Source of the DNA: Candidatus Thorarchaeota archaeon
GTDB lineage: Archaea; Asgardarchaeota; Thorarchaeia; Thorarchaeales; Thorarchaeaceae
DNA length: 46,868 nucleotides
Assembly: GCA_048884925.1 (NCBI GenBank)
Contig: JBHLQK010000001.1
Coordinates: forward strand, 1-46,868
Direction: 5' to 3'
Of the stretch, positions 41,632 through 46,868 are shown piece by piece (positions within the stretch are counted from its first letter, which is position 1; each line of letters opens with the position of its first letter). Below the pieces are notes generated by a model. The model ran no database searches and had not been told where the DNA came from. It saw only the letters and a list, made by a program, of their open reading frames with translations. Position numbers and translations under genes: made by a program.

Positions 41632-43524
41632 TTGACCAAACCCAAAGAACTGCTAGAAGACAAAGTGGGAAAGAAATCTCTTCTTCTCGCCAATGAGGCT
41701 ATTGCACGAGGTGTTCTTGAGGCCGGGGTACGACTTGTTGCACTCTATCCTGGTACACCAAGTAGTGAGATTGGGAACAATCTAACATTCATGGCACCCC
41801 ACATACCAAACTTCTACTTCGAGTTCAGTGCCAATGAGAAAGTCGCCTTAGAAGTTGCTGGCGCTGCCGCGGTTGCAGGCGTACGATCAATGATGGTCTG
41901 TAAAGGACCAGGTCTCAATGTAGCAGCTGATCCTTTCTTTTCACTTGCATATGTAGGTGTACGTGGTGGGATGGTTATCGTGGTCGCAGATGATCCCAGT
42001 ATGTGGAGCTCTCAGAACGAGAATGACAGTAGATACTATGCGCTTATGGCTAATATGCCAATGGTTGAACCAGCTGATCCTGCCGAGGCAAAGTCGATGC
42101 TCATTGAGGCCTACGAGATATCAGAGAAGCTAGAACTTCCAGTACTACTCAGGACCACCACTCGTGTCAACCATACTAGAGCTCCGGTAGAGTTTGGTGA
42201 GATTCGAGAACGTCCTGCCACTGTGGAGTTCGAGAAGGACCCATTTCGATTTGTTCCAATCCCATCAGTTGCGAGAGAACGTCATCCGATATTACTTGAG
42301 GCCATGAAGAAAGCAATGGAAGTTTCTGAGTCAACATCCCTTAACTTCACACACGATGAGGGGGACCTTGGAATAATCACTAGTGGTGTATCATACAACT
42401 ATGTCCTTGAAGCACTCGTATCAATGGAACTCTCAGCGGAAGTTCTCAAACTTGGCATGACTCATCCAGTACCTGAAGGAAAAATCGAGGAATTCCTCAA
42501 ACGTCACAATAGGGTCGTGATTGTTGAGGAGTTAGAACCCTTCTTGGAAACCCATGCAAGAAGGATCGCTCAAATCAATAAGATATCTGTAGAGATTCTT
42601 GGAAAAGAGCAGGGTTACTTTTCCCGTGCTTTCGAGTATAGTCCAAGAATCGTAATAACCGCCTTATCTAGAATTATTAATCGTAATACAAGTATTAATT
42701 GGGAAGAGATAGACAGGAAGACTGAGGAGCTCCCTGAATTACCACCGAGACCGCCTCTTCTCTGTGCTGGATGTCCTCACAGAGCGACTTACTACGCTAT
42801 TCGGACTGCCACACGAGCAAAAGCAATCTATCCTTCAGACATAGGATGTTACACACTTAGTATAGCACCACCCCTTGAAACTGCTGATATTCTGTTTGAC
42901 ATGGGATCCTCAATCACCACAGCCTGTGGAATCGCCCGTGTCACAGGTCAGGACGTTGTGGCCACAATTGGTGACAGCACTTTCTTTGCCTCCGGACTGC
43001 CCGGGATTGCCAATGCAGTCTACAATAGTCATCCCATTAGTCTAGTAGTTCTTGATAATCGAACTACAGCAATGACCGGGCACCAACCACATCCTGGCAC
43101 TGGGTTGACTGGGATGCAAGAAAAGGTTCCACCTCTGGATATTGCAAAGATATGCAAGGGGCTGGGTGTAAATTATGTCAAGACCATTCAACCATTCGAT
43201 TCAATGGCAACCCTTGTTGCAGAAGTCAGGAAAATGGTGACATGGGTTAAAGAAAACAAGGCACCAGCAGTGATGGTGTCAATAGAACCATGTGCTCTTC
43301 TTACAGCTGCTGAACGGCGAAAAAGCGGTGAGTATCCTTCGCAATATTATGTGGATGAAGAAACATGTACGGCATGTAAACGCTGCTTGAACCGCCTGTC
43401 CTGTCCAGCGATGTATCTTGATCCTGAAACCGAAAAGGCAGTGATTGACGAAACATTGTGTAATTTATGCGGCACCTGCGTTTCAGTCTGCCCTCAAGGT
43501 GCAATTAAGCAGGAGGAGGCATAG
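41632..43524 (+). CDS. iorA: indolepyruvate:ferredoxin oxidoreductase alpha subunit
   Basis: LLANEAIARGVLEAGV...YPGTPSSEI, TPP-binding GDSTFF...LDN, and a C-terminal 2x[4Fe-4S] region (CTACKRC...CP; CNLCGTCVSVCP). TTG start after GGAG repeats. Confidence 0.9.
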   Translation: MTKPKELLEDKVGKKSLLLANEAIARGVLEAGVRLVALYPGTPSSEIGNNLTFMAPHIPNFYFEFSANEKVALEVAGAAAVAGVRSMMVCKGPGLNVAADPFFSLAYVGVRGGMVIVVADDPSMWSSQNENDSRYYALMANMPMVEPADPAEAKSMLIEAYEISEKLELPVLLRTTTRVNHTRAPVEFGEIRERPATVEFEKDPFRFVPIPSVARERHPILLEAMKKAMEVSESTSLNFTHDEGDLGIITSGVSYNYVLEALVSMELSAEVLKLGMTHPVPEGKIEEFLKRHNRVVIVEELEPFLETHARRIAQINKISVEILGKEQGYFSRAFEYSPRIVITALSRIINRNTSINWEEIDRKTEELPELPPRPPLLCAGCPHRATYYAIRTATRAKAIYPSDIGCYTLSIAPPLETADILFDMGSSITTACGIARVTGQDVVATIGDSTFFASGLPGIANAVYNSHPISLVVLDNRTTAMTGHQPHPGTGLTGMQEKVPPLDIAKICKGLGVNYVKTIQPFDSMATLVAEVRKMVTWVKENKAPAVMVSIEPCALLTAAERRKSGEYPSQYYVDEETCTACKRCLNRLSCPAMYLDPETEKAVIDETLCNLCGTCVSVCPQGAIKQEEA

Positions 43525-43526
43525 AA

Positions 43527-44141
43527 ATGACTCGTAATATCAGTAATACAATAAATGTTGCAATCACTGGTGTTGGAGGCCAGGGTGTCCTTACTCTTGC
43601 TGAAATTCTTGCAAGAGCTGCACTTGCGGATTCATTAAATGTTCGTGTTGGTGAGATTCATGGAATGGCTCAACGTGGAGGTCATGTCATCTGTACTGTT
43701 CGGATTGGAGATGGTGCAAAGGGACCAATAATTGATCCTGGTACTGCAAATTTACTAGTAGGTTTTGAGCCAATTGAAACTCTGAGGGAAATTCGGACCA
43801 TCGCAGAGCATGGGTACGTATTACTAAGCTCCCATATCCAGTATCCTGTGGCAGTATCGATGGGAAAAGCCAATTATCCAGAACATGAAGAAATTATCAG
43901 TAGTATAAGGAAGTTCACCACTCGTATTCTTGAGATAGATGCAATGGCCCTAGCCCAAAAGGCTGGGAGTTCCATGTCATTGAATATGGTGATGCTAGGT
44001 GGAATTCTAGGGACCGGAATCACAACAATACGTGAGAAGACAGCAATTGAAATTGTACGGACAACGTTGCCAAAGAAGTACGAAACTATCAATTTACAGG
44101 CTCTTGAGCTTGGAATGGAAGCCATCAAGTCCTTGCTCTGA
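43527..44141 (+). CDS. iorB: indolepyruvate:ferredoxin oxidoreductase beta subunit
   Basis: ITGVGGQGVLT...GEIHGMAQRGG is typical of the gamma/IorB domain. It starts 2 nt after iorA. Confidence 0.9.
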   Translation: MTRNISNTINVAITGVGGQGVLTLAEILARAALADSLNVRVGEIHGMAQRGGHVICTVRIGDGAKGPIIDPGTANLLVGFEPIETLREIRTIAEHGYVLLSSHIQYPVAVSMGKANYPEHEEIISSIRKFTTRILEIDAMALAQKAGSSMSLNMVMLGGILGTGITTIREKTAIEIVRTTLPKKYETINLQALELGMEAIKSLL

Positions 44142-44153
44142 TAATGATAATGC

Positions 44154-46496
44154 CTACTCAGATTCTATTCGAGCCGCCGCAACAGCGACCTGTCCTGCTG
44201 ATATGCCACCATCACCAGGCGGCACATTCTTGTGAATGAGAGGTTTCTTTCCTTTTGAGTGAATCATATCCACAATTGCACCAGTGATAATCCGGTTCAA
44301 AGCAACACCACCTGAGAATCCTATGTGATTAATGCCCTCGTCATCAGCAACTCTACATGCCATTTCTGCAAGGGCTTGGCCAATATGTCTCTGAGCAGCA
44401 TATGCAATCTTATGAGTTGAATTTCCCTTTCCTTTCATTTCTAAAATCTGACTAATGGAATCTATTGGATTCAACTCAATTATATCATTACTTGAAACAA
44501 AGGTTGAAGCAATATTCAATTCGGATTCAATAGCATGAGCCTCGAGTTTCATAGGACACTCCGCGTCATACGAATTTTCAGAACAAATGCCCAATGCTAC
44601 TGTGACAGCATCAAGAAACCTACCAACGCTAGTACTCCGAAGAACATTGATGCGTTGGGCCATTGATTGCAAAAGGACTGACAATGTTTCCTGATCTAAA
44701 CTTGTTCCTAATGCGATAGGCTGTTCTGATACGATTGGAAAGAAGCTCTCTGATTCAAGTCTATTGCCTATGATCCCAACTAGAGATCGTGCAGCATATC
44801 TCGCAGAGAGATCTCCCCCAGGGAATGGACTAGGCTGCAATCCACCTTTTCTGATATATTCTGCCGCATTCCCAACTAGAATATCACCACCCCAACCTTC
44901 ACCACTAGGAGAATAGCCATACCCATCAGTTGTAATACAAACAATACGTGTATCAAGGTCCATATTATGGTCCGCAAGTAGTCCTGCGAGGTGTGCATGG
45001 TGGTGTTGTACACGAAACAATGGAATATTCATCTCGGAAGAGAGCTTTTCGGCAAACTCTGTGCTTAGAAACTCTGGGTGTAAGTCACATGTGATTCCAT
45101 CAATCTCAGTTACGCCAAGCAATGACCTCATATGATGAATCGCATCTCTTAGGAAGTCCATGGACTCAACACGGTCTGTGTCACCAATATGCTGAGTCAT
45201 GTATATCTTCTTGGACTTGAGAACTGCACCAGTCGATTTCTCTTCGGGTCCAACTGCAATAATTTTCAGTGAAGGATGAATATAGTCGACAGTCAAAGGT
45301 TCGGGTACATAACCTCTGGCACGTCGAATGAACACGGGATTGTCACTACCAACAAACTTGATCACTGAATCATCTGATCTCTGATGAATCCGGCGATTGT
45401 GCATCAAGAAGTAGTCTGCCACTCCGTTCAACTCAGAAGTAATCACTGATGGCTCAATATACATTGGCACACCTATAGGATTCGCACTTGTCATCACCAA
45501 AGCTTCTTCGTCGAGCTTATTGAATAAAAGATGATGAAGAGGTGCATACGGCAACATAACACCCAAGGTGTCTAATCCTGGAGATATTTCCTCAAGCGAG
45601 TCTTGAGGAATGGTCGAATCAATACGTTTCTTGACTAAGACAATAGGCTTTCGCCAAGTCTTCATAAGCTGTATTTCGTTTTCAGTAGGAACACTGAAGC
45701 GAAATATTGCATCAGTGTTCTTAGTCATGATAGCGAAGGGGCGTTGAAATCTATTCTTTCTCTCTCTTAGAATCCTGATTGGCCTACAGTCAGAGGTCTT
45801 TGTAACAAGATGCGTTCCACCTATACCATGAAGTGCTAGAACAGCATTCTGTTCTAGTAGATCTACAGTATGGGAAATACAATCAATTTCCTGGAAAAGC
45901 TCTCCATTCGCATCGTATAATCGATATCTTGGTCCACAGCTTTCACATGCTGTTGTCTGAGCATGATATCTCCGATCCACGGGACTTGTATAACCTGTAT
46001 TACAAACATTACATAGCGGAAAGTCTACCATTGTAGTATTGGGACGGTCATAGGGAAGACTGGTGATGGTCGAGTATCTAGGGCCACAGGCAGCACATGA
46101 AGTGAATGGATATTGATACCATCGTGAGTCAGGACTTTTCAGGTCCCGAACACAATCATCACAAATGGCAATATCTGGAGGTATCTCAGGTGCAGATTCG
46201 TCGCTTATCTCTGTCAATGAGCTTCTTATTGAAAATGAGTCGAAAGATTCGGTTGTTGACCGCCATTCAACACTGACCGATTCAATACGAGATATTGACG
46301 GAGGACTTGAACGAAGCTGCCTAATCAATTCCTCAATTCTAGTACGATTTCCTTCGACGACTATTTCCACACCCGCATCTCCCAGATTGAGCACATAACC
46401 TACCAATGACAGCTTGTTCGCAACTCGATAAACAAAGGGCCTGAATCCAACACCCTGGACAATACCGGTTACATGGATCTCAGCTCTATGTTTCAA
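44154..46496 (-). CDS. hypF: [NiFe]-hydrogenase maturation carbamoyltransferase HypF
   Basis: Acylphosphatase domain (VTGIVQGVGFRPFVYR), two CxxC...CxxC zinc fingers (CDDC...CAACGPRY; CNVC...CESCGPRY), a YrdC-like domain and a Kae1-like domain. TTG start. Confidence 0.95.
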   Translation of the reverse strand: MKHRAEIHVTGIVQGVGFRPFVYRVANKLSLVGYVLNLGDAGVEIVVEGNRTRIEELIRQLRSSPPSISRIESVSVEWRSTTESFDSFSIRSSLTEISDESAPEIPPDIAICDDCVRDLKSPDSRWYQYPFTSCAACGPRYSTITSLPYDRPNTTMVDFPLCNVCNTGYTSPVDRRYHAQTTACESCGPRYRLYDANGELFQEIDCISHTVDLLEQNAVLALHGIGGTHLVTKTSDCRPIRILRERKNRFQRPFAIMTKNTDAIFRFSVPTENEIQLMKTWRKPIVLVKKRIDSTIPQDSLEEISPGLDTLGVMLPYAPLHHLLFNKLDEEALVMTSANPIGVPMYIEPSVITSELNGVADYFLMHNRRIHQRSDDSVIKFVGSDNPVFIRRARGYVPEPLTVDYIHPSLKIIAVGPEEKSTGAVLKSKKIYMTQHIGDTDRVESMDFLRDAIHHMRSLLGVTEIDGITCDLHPEFLSTEFAEKLSSEMNIPLFRVQHHHAHLAGLLADHNMDLDTRIVCITTDGYGYSPSGEGWGGDILVGNAAEYIRKGGLQPSPFPGGDLSARYAARSLVGIIGNRLESESFFPIVSEQPIALGTSLDQETLSVLLQSMAQRINVLRSTSVGRFLDAVTVALGICSENSYDAECPMKLEAHAIESELNIASTFVSSNDIIELNPIDSISQILEMKGKGNSTHKIAYAAQRHIGQALAEMACRVADDEGINHIGFSGGVALNRIITGAIVDMIHSKGKKPLIHKNVPPGDGGISAGQVAVAAARIESE

Positions 46497-46523
46497 CCCA
46501 AGCAGTCCTCACTATGTGGACCT

Positions 46524-46868
46524 CTACCAGTCTGAGATATTAATCCAATGAAGTAGCATGTTTGATGTACCATGATACATTATAGGACCTCTTAAGGATT
46601 CAATCGCCATAGAATCCTGAATTGACGTGCGCGCTTCAGGTGATAATACTCGACCTCTGCTGTTCGACCCCAAAACTACCCCTTCCATTTTAGCGACTAT
46701 TCCGTCCTGCTTCAGGAGTATTCTCTTAGAAACCGTAGAGAAGTTGAAGAAGCAGCAGAAATCCATCTTAATCTCTAGCAATAGTCTTGCTAATAGATTC
46801 ATCCTTGAGAGATGGGGAATTCGACCATCGCAGAGGAAACGATATCGGAACCTGTTTACACAAATACG
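46524..46868 (-). CDS. possible hypothetical protein, 5' end possibly outside the window
   Basis: The reading frame stays open from the window edge to the stop at 46524, and the track gives 92 aa from an internal ATG. I recognise no motif and the composition is unremarkable. Confidence 0.25.
   Translation of the reverse strand, partial: RICVNRFRYRFLCDGRIPHLSRMNLLARLLLEIKMDFCCFFNFSTVSKRILLKQDGIVAKMEGVVLGSNSRGRVLSPEARTSIQDSMAIESLRGPIMYHGTSNMLLHWINISDW

Noticed and set aside
1-46868. Searched by eye for CRISPR arrays, rRNA genes, long tandem repeats and IS elements.
   Set aside because: I found no regularly spaced 25-40 bp repeats, no rRNA-like GC-rich structured stretches and no transposase-like ORFs.

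Overview
This window is archaeal chromosomal DNA, moderately AT-rich by eye, and most consistent with a TACK/Asgard-type lineage. The lineage evidence is an Rpo8/Rpb8 homologue, tandem Roadblock/LC7 domains, a GPN-loop GTPase, an animal/plant-like LKR+SDH gene pair, and three intron-containing tRNAs, two with introns at non-canonical positions. I support about 40 protein genes.

Main gene content:
- A dense replisome neighbourhood at 8.3-18.1 kb: GINS-MCM-Hel308, RFC small and large subunits, and Orc1/Cdc6.
- Translation and tRNA-modification genes: Trm11-like methyltransferase, TruA, ThpR and ribosomal protein S10.
- Metabolism: orphan KorA, IorAB, GlmS, isopentenyl phosphate kinase, LKR/SDH, a SufS-like protein and HypF.
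- An accessory-looking cell-surface block at 19.3-31.3 kb. It holds two paralogous sequon-rich Ig-repeat surface proteins, a PilB/TadA-type ATPase with a Flp-like pilin but no platform gene, a divergent TFB next to Rpo8, and a 1263-aa membrane-anchored HerA/VirB4-like ATPase with winged-helix extensions. A VirB2-like two-helix peptide lies 3 kb further on.

Non-coding signals not explained by the genes:
- A pair of inverted 22-bp elements at 41279-41445 fits the Orc1/Cdc6 origin recognition box (ORB) layout and flanks an AT-rich core. This makes it a candidate replication origin 23 kb from the cdc6 gene.
- A third strong ORB copy lies at 37209-37230.
- The perfect palindrome GAACACGTGTTC occurs four times, always intergenic, plus one variant. 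Three copies sit 20-22 nt from a TATA-like box.
- A dense GTGAAT/ATTCAC hexamer cluster lies at 37.05-37.5 kb.

I saw no CRISPR array, rRNA, transposase or integrase. All calls are by-eye motif recognition; no searches were run.
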